51,850 nucleotides of DNA, taken from contig CAYRXO010000001.1 of assembly GCA_964428215.1 (NCBI GenBank), forward strand, positions 1-51,850, read 5' to 3'. The translations under genes were made by a program, and so were the position numbers. The notes beneath the pieces were generated by a model, which had not been told where the DNA came from, did no database searches, and worked only from the letters and a program-made list of their open reading frames with translations. Position 1 is the stretch's first letter. Each line of letters opens with the position of its first letter. The stretch comes from an uncultured Candidatus Accumulibacter sp. (GTDB taxonomy: Bacteria; Pseudomonadota; Gammaproteobacteria; Burkholderiales; Rhodocyclaceae). Shown one piece after another: positions 10,443 through 20,104 of the stretch.

Positions 10443-10805
10443 TCAGAGGGCGGCAATCTTGGCCAACAACTCCTGGCCATCTACCGGCTTGACCAGATAA
10501 TCCTGCGCCCCTTGTCGCAAACCCCATATCTTGTCAGTTTCCTGACCTTTGGTCGTACACACGAAAACGGGAATGTTGCGAGTGGCTTGATCGCGCGTCA
10601 AGGTTCGCGTCGCTTGAAACCCGTTCAGTCCGGGCATGACCACGTCCATCAGCACCAGATCGGGCAACTCTCTTTTCGCCTTGGCAATACCCTCTTCGCC
10701 GCTCTCGGCGGTGATCACTTCGTAGCCGTTACTGACCAACAACGCTTTCATCACATGCCGTTCAGTGGGCGAATCATCAACAACGAGAATTTTCTTGATC
10801 GTCAT
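10443..10805 (-). CDS. pilH: PilH single-domain response regulator
   Basis: ILVVDDSPTE..DVVMPGLNGFQATR..TTKGQETDKIWGLRQGA; start placed at the ATG at 10805. Confidence 0.95.
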   Translation of the reverse strand: MTIKKILVVDDSPTERHVMKALLVSNGYEVITAESGEEGIAKAKRELPDLVLMDVVMPGLNGFQATRTLTRDQATRNIPVFVCTTKGQETDKIWGLRQGAQDYLVKPVDGQELLAKIAAL

Positions 10806-10844
10806 AGTCTCAAGCCTTCTGTCAGCCAATCGGAACGGTCGGAT

Positions 10845-11243
10845 TCATCGGGCGGACCGGGGGACAAAAGAGGCAGCAGTTTGCAACAGACTGTCCTTGG
10901 TAAAAGGCTTGGTCAGATAGTGGTCCGAGCCGACCATGCGACCGCGCGCACGGTCGAACAGTCCATCCTTTGATGACAACATGATCACCGGGGTAGTACA
11001 AAAACGTTGATTTTTCTTGATCAGCGCGCAAGTTTGATAGCCGTCGAGCCGCGGCATGACGATGTCGCAAAAAATCACATCCGGCTGATGGTCGGCGATC
11101 ATCGCCAGTGCATCGAAACCGTCTTCGGCAAGCAACACCTGGCAGCCGGCCTGCACCAGAAAAATTTCCGCACTGCGCCGAATGGTGTTGCTGTCATCAA
11201 TGATCATCACCTTGACGCCCTGCAGGCTTGCGACTTCAGCCAA
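10845..11243 (-). CDS. pilG: PilG single-domain response regulator
   Basis: VMIIDDSNTIRRSAE..LSSKDGLFDRARGRMVGS; TTG start preceded by a GGAGGAG RBS. Confidence 0.95.
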   Translation of the reverse strand: MAEVASLQGVKVMIIDDSNTIRRSAEIFLVQAGCQVLLAEDGFDALAMIADHQPDVIFCDIVMPRLDGYQTCALIKKNQRFCTTPVIMLSSKDGLFDRARGRMVGSDHYLTKPFTKDSLLQTAASFVPRSAR

Positions 11244-11637
11244 TTCTCTCCTCCGGGTATTTCTCGAGCCCCATTAATGCGCGCTTAACGATAAAGCTTG
11301 CAATCATTTGTGACTATCACTATAACGCATTGCATTTAAATTTAGGCCATTTCGATGCCTTACTGTCATGCTCCGCATCCCGGAACAGTCCAATTTGGCG
11401 GCAATGCGTGCATGCAGGTTCCGGGTGGTGCGTCTTTTTTGCGTCATCGTGTCACTTTGCCATTGAAGCAACCATCGTTCGGACACGGCCAGCCGCAGCG
11501 TGAGGTACGCTGGCATAGCCCTGTCAGCCGACGATTTTTGGTTAAAATTGAATGGTTAAACAAGATTTTAGTCAAGTGGCAGCGCGGTCGCCGGACAACT
11601 GACCCCTGGCAACTGCCTCTGTAAACGCGCAGTACGG

Positions 11638-12483
11638 ATGAACTTTCACAGCGCCCCTGTATCCCCACCCGGGGTTCTCGTTATCGCGGCCAGCGATCCC
11701 TCCGGCGGCGCCGGAATTCAGGCCGATCTGTTGACCTGCGCTGCCATCGGCTGTCACCCACTGACGGTGATTACCGCCGTGACGGCACAAGATACCGTTG
11801 GTGTTGCCAGGGTGGTTGCCGTCGACGCGCAATTGGTCGCCGAACAGGCGCGCCTGCTGTTGCAAGACACGCCGGTTTCAGTCTGCAAAATCGGACTGCT
11901 CGGCAGTGTTGCCAATGTGATAAGCGTTGCCGAAGTGTTATCGGCACATCCGCGGATTCAGGTCGTCCTCGATCCGGTGTTGACCTCGGGACGAGGGGAT
12001 GTCCTGGCGGATGCATCGATCATTGCGGCGATCCGGCACTATCTGCTGCCGCTGACCACGGTGTTGACCCCGAATACTCTCGAAGTCCGGCGGCTGGCTG
12101 CAGATCGGATATCGACAGCGACTACGCCAACCCTGGCCGACTGCAGCCTGCATTTGCTCGAGCTGGGGAGTGAGTATGTGCTGTTGACGGGTACTCACAA
12201 CGATACGCCACAGGTGTGCAACGAACTCTATCGCCGTGGGCATGGCCTGGTTCGCACTGATCAATGGCAGCGCCTGCCCGGCAGTTATCATGGTTCGGGT
12301 TGTACGCTGGCTTCGGCGCTTGCCAGCTATTTGGCGCAAGCGCTGCCGATCGAATCTGCCGTACAGGCGGCACAGCAATATACCTGGCAAACGCTGGCAG
12401 CCGCTTTCCGACCGGGCCGGGGACAATACATCCCGAATCGCTTTTTCAATGTGCGACAGGGAGACGGCAAGCCCCATGACTGA
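11638..12483 (+). CDS. thiD: Hydroxymethylpyrimidine/phosphomethylpyrimidine kinase
   Basis: DPSGGAGIQAD, VLDPV, LTPN and HGSGCTLASA ribokinase-family motifs; adjacent to thiE. Confidence 0.9.
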   Translation: MNFHSAPVSPPGVLVIAASDPSGGAGIQADLLTCAAIGCHPLTVITAVTAQDTVGVARVVAVDAQLVAEQARLLLQDTPVSVCKIGLLGSVANVISVAEVLSAHPRIQVVLDPVLTSGRGDVLADASIIAAIRHYLLPLTTVLTPNTLEVRRLAADRISTATTPTLADCSLHLLELGSEYVLLTGTHNDTPQVCNELYRRGHGLVRTDQWQRLPGSYHGSGCTLASALASYLAQALPIESAVQAAQQYTWQTLAAAFRPGRGQYIPNRFFNVRQGDGKPHD

Positions 12484-13132
12484 TCGGAACGCCACGCGCA
12501 CACTGCGCGGCCTCTATGCGATCACGCCGGACAGCTTGCCGGCTGATTTGCTGCTCGAAAAAGTGAGCGCGGTTATCGCAGGCGGTGCCAGACTGGTCCA
12601 GTATCGCGACAAACGCTCCGATGACCAGCAACGTGCGGCACTCGCCCGGGCATTGCTCGTCATCTGTCGTCAGCACGTCGTCCCGCTGATCATCAACGAC
12701 GATTTGTCCCTGGCACTGGCGGTCGGCGCTGACGGTCTCCATCTCGGTGCCGAAGATGGCGATCTGCGCGCCGCCCGGCAAGCATTGCCTACCGGCGCCC
12801 TGCTCGGCGCCTCTTGTTACGCCGATTTCCCGCGCGCGCACGCCGCTGCTTCCGCTGGCGTCGATTATCTGGCCTTCGGCGCTGTCTACCCTTCGACGAC
12901 CAAGCCGGATGCCATTCGTGCGTCGCTGTCCTTATTCAGCCGTTGTCGACAGGAACTGCGCATCGCCAGTTGTGCCATCGGCGGACTGACTGTCGATAAC
13001 GCTGCGCCTGTGCTGCAGGCCGGCGCCGACTTGCTGGCAGTGATCAGCGATCTGTTCGATGCCCCTGACGCCGCCGTTCGCGCGGCTGCTTACCAACCCC
13101 TGTTTGAGGAATTCCCGCATGACCTCCCGTAA
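12476..13132 (+). CDS. thiE: Thiamine-phosphate synthase
   Basis: GLYAIT, VQYRDK, LIINDD, HLG, GASC, STTKP and AIGG motifs; the ATG at 12476 overlaps the thiD stop. Confidence 0.93.
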   Translation: MTDRNATRTLRGLYAITPDSLPADLLLEKVSAVIAGGARLVQYRDKRSDDQQRAALARALLVICRQHVVPLIINDDLSLALAVGADGLHLGAEDGDLRAARQALPTGALLGASCYADFPRAHAAASAGVDYLAFGAVYPSTTKPDAIRASLSLFSRCRQELRIASCAIGGLTVDNAAPVLQAGADLLAVISDLFDAPDAAVRAAAYQPLFEEFPHDLP

Positions 13133-14402
13133 CCAACAGCTGTTCGAGCGTGCGCAACGACATATCCCGGGCGGCGTCAATTCTCCGGTTCGTGCTTTCC
13201 GCTCGGTCGGCGGAACGCCACGCTTTTTCGTCTCTGGACACGGCAGCCGGGTCGAGGATGCCGATGGCCGGATCTACGTCGATTATGTCGGCTCGTGGGG
13301 ACCGCTGATTCTCGGTCACGCCGATGCGCAAGTCGTCCGCGCCGTTCAGGAAACGGCCAGCAAGGGGCTGTCGTTCGGTGCTCCGACCGAAGCCGAAGTC
13401 GAACTGGCCGAGCTGCTTTGCGACATGCTGCCATCGTTGGACTTGGTCCGTCTGGTCAGTTCCGGCACCGAGGCGACGATGAGCGTCATCCGTCTGGCGC
13501 GCGGCTGGACCGGGCGCGATCTGTTGATCAAGTTCGAGGGCTGCTATCACGGTCACTCAGACAGCCTGCTGGTCAAGGCCGGCTCCGGTTTGTTGACCTT
13601 CGGCAATCCGAGCTCCGCGGGCATCCCGGCCGATCTGGCCCGCCATACTCTGGTGCTCGACTACAATGATCCCGAGGGGCTTGCTGCGGCGTTTGCCGAG
13701 CATGGCCCGAAAATCGCCGCGGTGATCGTCGAACCCGTCGCCGGCAACATGAATCTGATCGCCCCGAAGCCGGCATTTCTGCAAAGCATGCGCCACTTGT
13801 GCAGCACGTACGGCGCGGTGCTGATTTTCGACGAGGTGATGACCGGATTCCGCGTTGGTCCGGGCGGGGCGCAAGGTCTTTATGGAATCACCCCGGACCT
13901 GACGACTCTTGGCAAGGTGATCGGCGGCGGCATGCCGATCGGCGCTTTTGGCGGACGACGCGAGATCATGAACACGGTAGCACCGCTCGGACCGGTATAC
14001 CAGGCGGGAACACTCTCCGGCAACCCGGTCGCCGTTGCCGCGGGTCTGGCAACGCTGAAGCGCCTGCGCCAACCCGGCTTCTACGACACCTTGCGCCAGC
14101 GAACCGAGCAACTGGTCAATGGATTGAGCACGGCAGCGAAAACCAATGGAATACCTTTTTCAGCGCAATCAATCGGCGGCATGTTCGGTTTGTATTTTCG
14201 TTCGCCATGTCCTGGCAGCTTTGCCGAAGTGATGGACAGCGACCAACCGGCTTTCAACCGCTTTTTTCATGCCATGCTCGACGCCGGCCATTATTTTGCG
14301 CCTTCGGCATTCGAAGCCGGTTTCGTCTCGGCGGCGCATTCCGTAGACGACGTCGCCAGCACGGTTGCCGCCGCCGAACGGCTGTTCAAAACCTGGCAAT
14401 GA
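13119..14402 (+). CDS. hemL: Glutamate-1-semialdehyde 2,1-aminomutase
   Basis: [35 protein letters not shown] and LGKVIGGG (PLP lysine). Confidence 0.97.
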   Translation: MTSRNQQLFERAQRHIPGGVNSPVRAFRSVGGTPRFFVSGHGSRVEDADGRIYVDYVGSWGPLILGHADAQVVRAVQETASKGLSFGAPTEAEVELAELLCDMLPSLDLVRLVSSGTEATMSVIRLARGWTGRDLLIKFEGCYHGHSDSLLVKAGSGLLTFGNPSSAGIPADLARHTLVLDYNDPEGLAAAFAEHGPKIAAVIVEPVAGNMNLIAPKPAFLQSMRHLCSTYGAVLIFDEVMTGFRVGPGGAQGLYGITPDLTTLGKVIGGGMPIGAFGGRREIMNTVAPLGPVYQAGTLSGNPVAVAAGLATLKRLRQPGFYDTLRQRTEQLVNGLSTAAKTNGIPFSAQSIGGMFGLYFRSPCPGSFAEVMDSDQPAFNRFFHAMLDAGHYFAPSAFEAGFVSAAHSVDDVASTVAAAERLFKTWQ

Positions 14403-14737
14403 ACAACGGCTTCGCCTGGGCAATCCTGATCGTTGCCGGAGCCTGCGAAATCATCTGGGCCGTCGGACTGAAATACAGCGATGGCTTTTCCCGCCTGTGG
14501 CCCAGTACCGGCACCTTGCTGGCCATGATCTTGTCCGTCGTGCTGCTCGGACTGTCGTTGAAATCCTTGCCGCTGGGCACGGCCTACGCCGTGTGGACCG
14601 GCATCGGTGCCGTCGGCACCGCGGTCTGCGGCATACTGCTGTTCGGTGAAGTACGCAGCACGGCACGCCTGCTGTGCATCGCGATGATCGTCGCCGGCAT
14701 CGTTGGCCTCAAGCTGGTCACCTCGGCCGACGATTGA
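14399..14737 (+). CDS. sugE: SMR-family exporter, Gdx/SugE subtype
   Basis: 112 aa, four TM helices; [18 protein letters not shown] and [17 protein letters not shown]; ATGA overlap with hemL. Confidence 0.88.
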   Translation: MNNGFAWAILIVAGACEIIWAVGLKYSDGFSRLWPSTGTLLAMILSVVLLGLSLKSLPLGTAYAVWTGIGAVGTAVCGILLFGEVRSTARLLCIAMIVAGIVGLKLVTSADD

Positions 14738-14764
14738 AACCGATTTAGACGATCATCGATAGCT

Positions 14765-14786
14765 TCCTGAGTGGGTCAGGATTTTT
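14765..14786 (+). terminator. Probable intrinsic terminator of thiD-thiE-hemL-sugE
   Basis: TCCTGA-gtggg-TCAGGA stem followed by TTTTT. Confidence 0.5.
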
Positions 14787-14832
14787 CTTAAGACATCTGT
14801 TCAGCAAACGAGGCGCCGCGACGACTTCGGAT

Positions 14833-16218
14833 TCAACTCGGACGAACGCGGTTTTCTGCGCGCGGGCGCTTCGGCTGATGACGTTCAAAAAAGCGCAGAC
14901 CAGCAAACATCACCAGACCGACAGCTATCATGCCAACAAAAAAGCCGACATAAGCCATCGCCATGTCCCAGCCCAGCGCTTGCGCCATCGCCGAAAACTC
15001 AGACATCCCACCCGCGCCGGCCAGCACGTTGATCGGCATGAAAACGACGCTGAGAACCGTCAAGCGTTCGATTTTCTTGTTCTGGTTGATATTGATCGCG
15101 CTATCGGTTGCATCGAGCAGGAAGTTGATCTTGTTGAACAGAAACGCTGTGTGACCATCGAGCGACTCGATGTCGCGCAAAGTCTCGCGCACATCTGCCA
15201 CCTGATCTTCGGTCAGCAATTTTCCGCGCAGAAGGAACGACAAGGCTCGCCGGGTGTCAAGCATGTTGCGTCGCGTACGGCCATTCAAATCCTCGGCCTC
15301 AGAAGTGGCGGTAAGAATGCGCGACGCTTCAACGTCGGTAACGTGTGAACGCAAGACCTGCATACCCGCTCTTTCGAGGTCACGGTAAACGTCTTCCAAT
15401 GCGTTGGCTGAATATTCGACGTCAGCGGCATAGAGATCGATCAAAACGTCCTTGCCTTCAGTGACATAGCCGGGGCGGGTTCGCGCGCGCGCGCGTTGTA
15501 GACGGAAAACCGGCAGTTCCTCGGTACGTACGGTGATCAGAATTTCGTTGTGCAGGATCAATGCCACCGGGACATTGCGCGATTCCTCCTTGGTGTCCAG
15601 CAGGAATTCGGAGTGCAGATGCACTTCTCCGTCGTCCTCGACGTAGAACCGGGCGCTGGCTTCGAGATCGGTGAGCGTTGCCGGGTCAGGCACTTCGACA
15701 TCGTACATGGCACCGATCCAGGTCCGGATCTTTTTCGTCGGCGCCACCATATCGACCCAGATTGGCTGTACCCCTTTCAGATCTTCCGGACTGGAGACCG
15801 AAATCTGACGCAGGCGGCCATCGCGCAACTCGAAAGCAGTCGTCACCGTTTTTTCATTGCGATAGTGACTGTCATCGATCAGCTCTTCGAGCACATCGTC
15901 AGGCAGCAGTGCCAGGATCGGATCGGCGCCTTCTTTGACCTCATTCCATACCACCAGACGTTCGTTCGGCTCAAGCGATTCGAGAATGTAAGCGACTTCT
16001 TTCGCCGGCATCTGCTTGAGTTTTTTGCGCAGTTCGTTGCGATACTGCTGCTGGGTTTCAGAATCGACGTCGTTTGCGCTGTCGGAATCAGCATCAGGCA
16101 CCAGTTCCTCGACCAGCTTCTGCAAGGACAGCAGCGAGCGGACTTCTGTGAGATGAACGTCGGCAATCCCCCTGTTTTGCGCCGCACCCTGATTGGGCGT
16201 CTTTTTTTCATCACCCAT
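14833..16218 (-). CDS. corA: CorA-family divalent cation transporter with an N-terminal MgtE-N-like extension and a GMS signature
   Basis: CorA body (WVDMVAPT, LEASARF, LRDIESLDGHTAFLFNKINFLLDAT, INQNK, FMP..GGMSEF, two C-terminal TM helices). The N-terminal KKLKQMPAKEVAYILESLEPNERLVVW resembles the MgtE intracellular N domain. Start inferred at the ATG at 16218. Confidence 0.85.
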   Translation of the reverse strand: MGDEKKTPNQGAAQNRGIADVHLTEVRSLLSLQKLVEELVPDADSDSANDVDSETQQQYRNELRKKLKQMPAKEVAYILESLEPNERLVVWNEVKEGADPILALLPDDVLEELIDDSHYRNEKTVTTAFELRDGRLRQISVSSPEDLKGVQPIWVDMVAPTKKIRTWIGAMYDVEVPDPATLTDLEASARFYVEDDGEVHLHSEFLLDTKEESRNVPVALILHNEILITVRTEELPVFRLQRARARTRPGYVTEGKDVLIDLYAADVEYSANALEDVYRDLERAGMQVLRSHVTDVEASRILTATSEAEDLNGRTRRNMLDTRRALSFLLRGKLLTEDQVADVRETLRDIESLDGHTAFLFNKINFLLDATDSAININQNKKIERLTVLSVVFMPINVLAGAGGMSEFSAMAQALGWDMAMAYVGFFVGMIAVGLVMFAGLRFFERHQPKRPRAENRVRPS

Positions 16219-16721
16219 GATATTGATCCTCAAGAAAATCGTCATAAACTGAAGAGAGGAATTGTAACACCGAAAAAACAGGCAAATAGAGCATTTTTGC
16301 AGATTTTGGGCATTTTCAAAAAAATGTCATTATTTTGTAAGTTTTTCGTTGTAGGCGATGACAGACCGAAAAACATCGATTTTGTTTATGGCCGCGCGAA
16401 GCAGCGCTGAAGCGCCAGACAACGGAAACAATTAATTTTCAATTAAATTTTAACGTTAGATTGAGTCCTTCATTAATCAGCCTGACAGAATGAGAGCAAA
16501 TCAGCCAAACGAGCACACAAAGTAACATCCAGGTTACATATGAGTTGGCTTTCCTTGGTCGCATGAATCGAACACCATCAATCGACGTAAGCATATAATG
16601 TTGCACAGCGTCATCGAAGGCACACAATTTGTCACGCGAATGGCTTACCAGCTTCGGCTGCGTGACCGATGTGCATCGACATGACAAATATTGATTTCGC
16701 ATAATTCGATCGGGAGAAATC

Positions 16722-18629
16722 ATGTCATCAGAAAGCGCGGCACACGGTGAGCACTCTGGTCTGGCGGCGACTGCCCTGGCGGCGATGGGTGTCGTCTTCG
16801 GTGATATCGGCACTAGCCCCTTGTATACCGTCAAGGAAGTTTTCGGCGGTCCGCACGCCGTTCCGGTGACCCCTGACAACGTTCTCGGCATCCTGTCGCT
16901 GATTTTCTGGGCCATGACAATTACCGTCTCGCTGAAATACGTGCTGTTCATCACCCGGGCCGACAACAAGGGGGAAGGCGGCATCATGGCGTTGACCGCT
17001 TTGGCCTTGCGCACGGCCAACGCTTCACCACGTTTGTTGTGGGCGATGTCGGTATTGGGAATTTTCGGTGCGGCGCTGTTCTACGGCGATGCGGTGATCA
17101 CGCCGGCTATGTCGGTGCTTTCGGCGGTCGAAGGGCTGGAAGTGGTGACGCCGCATCTCAAGCCATATATCTTGCCTACGACGATCGCCATTCTGCTGGT
17201 GCTGTTTTTCTTCCAACGACACGGCACGGCGGCCGTCGGTGCGCTTTTCGGTCCGATCATGTTCTTCTGGTTCGTCACACTTGGCGCGCTCGGCATCTGG
17301 AACGTCATCAAGCAGCCGGCGGTGCTGTGGTCGATCAACCCCTGGTACGCGCTGGCTTTCATCGCGGAACATAAGGGCTTGGCGTTTCTGGCCCTCGGCG
17401 CCGTCGTGCTGGCCATCACCGGCGGCGAAGCGCTGTACGCCGATATGGGCCATTTCGGTCGGCGGGCCATCAAATGGGCCTGGTTCTCGCTGGTATTCCC
17501 CTTGCTTTATCTCAATTATCTCGGTCAGGGGGCGCTGATCCTCAACGATCCGAAAGCCATTGAAAATCCTTTCTTCCTGCTGGTTCCCAACGAAATGCTG
17601 TTGATTCCGATGGTCGCACTGGCCACCGTCGCGACGGTGATCGCCTCACAAGCGGTGATTTCCGGCGCTTTTTCCCTGACCAGCCAGGCGATGCAACTCG
17701 GCTATTGCCCGCGCATTCAGATCAAATTCACTTCCGAAAGCGAAAAAGGCCAGATTTACGTCCCGAACATCAACTGGCTGCTGCTGTTGACGGTGATCAT
17801 CGTCGTTCTCGGCTTCCGTTCATCGACCAATCTGGCGTCGGCCTATGGCATCGCCGTCACGCTGACGATGATGATCGACACCATTCTTGCTTTCGTCGTC
17901 GTTCGCGCGCTCTGGCAGTGGAGCTGGCTGCGAGCGGTTCTGTTTCTGGTTTTCTTCGTTTTGGTCGATTTCGCCTTTTTCTCGGCCAATGTGGTCAAGG
18001 TGCTCGATGGCGGCTGGTTCCCGCTGCTGCTCGGTTTTTCGGTCTTCGCCTTGTTGTCCACCTGGAAACTGGGTCGCAAACTGCTCTATGAGAGGCTCAA
18101 ACTGGATTCGATTCCGCTTGACGCTTTCATCGCCGGGGTTGGCACCGGCGGTCCGCAACGCGTCGATGGAACGAGCATTTTTCTGACCGCCGATCCAGAC
18201 AGCGTACCGCGCGCATTGCTGCACAACCTCTACCATAACAAGGTGTTGCACGAAAGAGTCGTACTCCTGCACGTCAAGATGGAAGATGTGCCGCATATTG
18301 ACGACGACAAACGTGTGCGCGTCGAAAACCTCGACAGCGGCTTTCATCGAATTTTTGTCCGTTACGGCTTCAAGGACACTCCGGACATCCCGCGGGCCAT
18401 GGAACTGTGCGCCGAAAACGGGGTGACTTTCGACATGATGGAAACCTCATTCTTCCTGGGTCGCGAGACAGTCGTCCGTATGCCACTGCAACTCACCAAC
18501 CGTGTGCGCATGGCCCAGTGGCGTCAGGTCTTGTTTACCTGGATGTTCCGTAACGCCGACACCGCGACAGCCTTCTTCAAGATTCCGCCGAACCGGGTCA
18601 TCGAACTGGGTGCGCAGGTCGAAATGTAA
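16722..18629 (+). CDS. kup: KUP/HAK/KT potassium transporter
   Basis: GVVFGDIGTSPLY, ADNKGEGG, GGEALYADMGHFG, LASAYGIAV and SFFLGRET. Confidence 0.97.
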   Translation: MSSESAAHGEHSGLAATALAAMGVVFGDIGTSPLYTVKEVFGGPHAVPVTPDNVLGILSLIFWAMTITVSLKYVLFITRADNKGEGGIMALTALALRTANASPRLLWAMSVLGIFGAALFYGDAVITPAMSVLSAVEGLEVVTPHLKPYILPTTIAILLVLFFFQRHGTAAVGALFGPIMFFWFVTLGALGIWNVIKQPAVLWSINPWYALAFIAEHKGLAFLALGAVVLAITGGEALYADMGHFGRRAIKWAWFSLVFPLLYLNYLGQGALILNDPKAIENPFFLLVPNEMLLIPMVALATVATVIASQAVISGAFSLTSQAMQLGYCPRIQIKFTSESEKGQIYVPNINWLLLLTVIIVVLGFRSSTNLASAYGIAVTLTMMIDTILAFVVVRALWQWSWLRAVLFLVFFVLVDFAFFSANVVKVLDGGWFPLLLGFSVFALLSTWKLGRKLLYERLKLDSIPLDAFIAGVGTGGPQRVDGTSIFLTADPDSVPRALLHNLYHNKVLHERVVLLHVKMEDVPHIDDDKRVRVENLDSGFHRIFVRYGFKDTPDIPRAMELCAENGVTFDMMETSFFLGRETVVRMPLQLTNRVRMAQWRQVLFTWMFRNADTATAFFKIPPNRVIELGAQVEM

Positions 18630-18675
18630 TGCGTAGCACGTCTGTCCGGAAACGCCAAGAAGTTCGGTGAATCTC

Positions 18676-18703
18676 GGAAGTGTCCTGGACAACACTTCCT
18701 TTT
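18676..18703 (+). terminator. Possible terminator after kup
   Basis: GGAAGTGT-N8-ACACTTCC stem followed by TTTT. Confidence 0.45.
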
Positions 18704-18729
18704 CCTCGCAAGCTTTTCCGGACAACGCC

Positions 18730-20016
18730 ATGACAATCTGCAGATCACTGCCCTTCCTGTTTCTGTTGTGCACGCTGGCCGCGCCTGCCCGGGCAGCCGA
18801 GCTGCCGCCGGCCAGCCCTGAAATCGGACATTTGCGCCGCAACGCGCAGGGCAAACTGGAAGTCGTCGAGCCGGCTCCGGCCACCGGACCAACCAGCGAA
18901 GTCAATCTGACCGCCAGCGCCGGCGGCGGCAAGACGATCGTCGTCGGACCGCAGGAGACAATTCGCCGCATCGTTGACGCCGCTGCGCTGGCCCGGGATG
19001 GCGACACCATCGACATCCTGCTTGGCGAATATGCGCAACAAGCCATCGTCTGGAAGCAGTCGCGACTGACCATTCGTGGCAAGGGCGCGCGGCCGGTCCT
19101 GCTTGCCGCGGGCGCGCATGCGGAAGGAAAAGCGCTATGGGTAATCCGCAATGGTGACATCCGCATCGAAAACCTCGAATTTCGCGGTGCGCGTGTTCCC
19201 GACGGTAATGGCGCCGCTATCCGTTTCGAGAATGGCCGGCTGACCGTCCGGCGATGCGCCTTTTTCGACAACGAAACCGGCATTCTCACCAGCAATGCCA
19301 ATGACGCCGAACTGATCGTCGAGGACAGCGAATTCGGCACCGCACCGAGGCACGAAGGTTCACTGCATCATCTGCTCTACGTCGGACGCATCGCCAGTCT
19401 GCGCGTCACCGGTAGCCGCTTCGAAAACGGTTTTCGCGGCCATCTGCTCAAATCGCGCGCCCGGCACAACGAAATCGCCTACAACTGGCTGGTCGATGGC
19501 GCCAACGGCAAAGCAGCGTACGAACTGGAGTTTCCCAACGGCGGCGTCGCCTGGGTAATCGGCAACCTGATCGGGCAAAGCCGGAACAGCGAGAATGGCG
19601 ACATGCTGTCGTTTGGTGCCGAAGGCGCCGTCTGGCCGGAAAACAAGCTGGTCCTCGTGCACAACACTCTGATCAATGACGCCGTCGGCGGTCGTTTTCT
19701 GCATGTGTGGAGCGATCGTCTGGGCGGTCAGGCCAGCGTGTGGGCGATCAACAACTTGTTGCTCGGTTACGGTCACTTCGAGCCGCCTGCGGCAGGCCGT
19801 TTCGACGGTAACCGTTTCGCCGATCGTCAGGCGGCATTCGCTGGCAGCGACAGTCCCGCGTATTCCTTGCCGAGCAATTCACCGCTACGTGGCACGGCCA
19901 ATACACCCGGCTGGCTTGAGCAGCGTTCACTGTTGCCGGTTGCCGAATACCGTGAGCCCGTCGGCACCCGGCCGCTGGTCGCGGGCAAACCCTTGTCGCC
20001 CGGCGCACGGCAATGA
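18730..20016 (+). CDS. Secreted right-handed parallel beta-helix repeat protein
   Basis: Signal peptide (MTICRSLPFLFLLCTLAAPARA); ARDGDTIDI..GEY, IENLEFRGA, DGNGAAIR, HHLLYVG, HLLKSRA; Asn-ladder-like repeats. Confidence 0.75.
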   Translation: MTICRSLPFLFLLCTLAAPARAAELPPASPEIGHLRRNAQGKLEVVEPAPATGPTSEVNLTASAGGGKTIVVGPQETIRRIVDAAALARDGDTIDILLGEYAQQAIVWKQSRLTIRGKGARPVLLAAGAHAEGKALWVIRNGDIRIENLEFRGARVPDGNGAAIRFENGRLTVRRCAFFDNETGILTSNANDAELIVEDSEFGTAPRHEGSLHHLLYVGRIASLRVTGSRFENGFRGHLLKSRARHNEIAYNWLVDGANGKAAYELEFPNGGVAWVIGNLIGQSRNSENGDMLSFGAEGAVWPENKLVLVHNTLINDAVGGRFLHVWSDRLGGQASVWAINNLLLGYGHFEPPAAGRFDGNRFADRQAAFAGSDSPAYSLPSNSPLRGTANTPGWLEQRSLLPVAEYREPVGTRPLVAGKPLSPGARQ

Positions 20017-20104
20017 GCAAGCGCCAGAGGAAACGCTGACTTCCCGCGATCGATTTGCCATGACGCGCTGGCTACGCACTACGCACCGAGCGACTTGTGC
20101 GTCC

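Noticed and set aside
11244-11637. TPP riboswitch, rubredoxin gene or CRP site in the pilG-thiD spacer
   Set aside because: No TPP core motifs and no CxxC rubredoxin ORF; TGTGA-CTA-TCAC has the wrong spacing for CRP.
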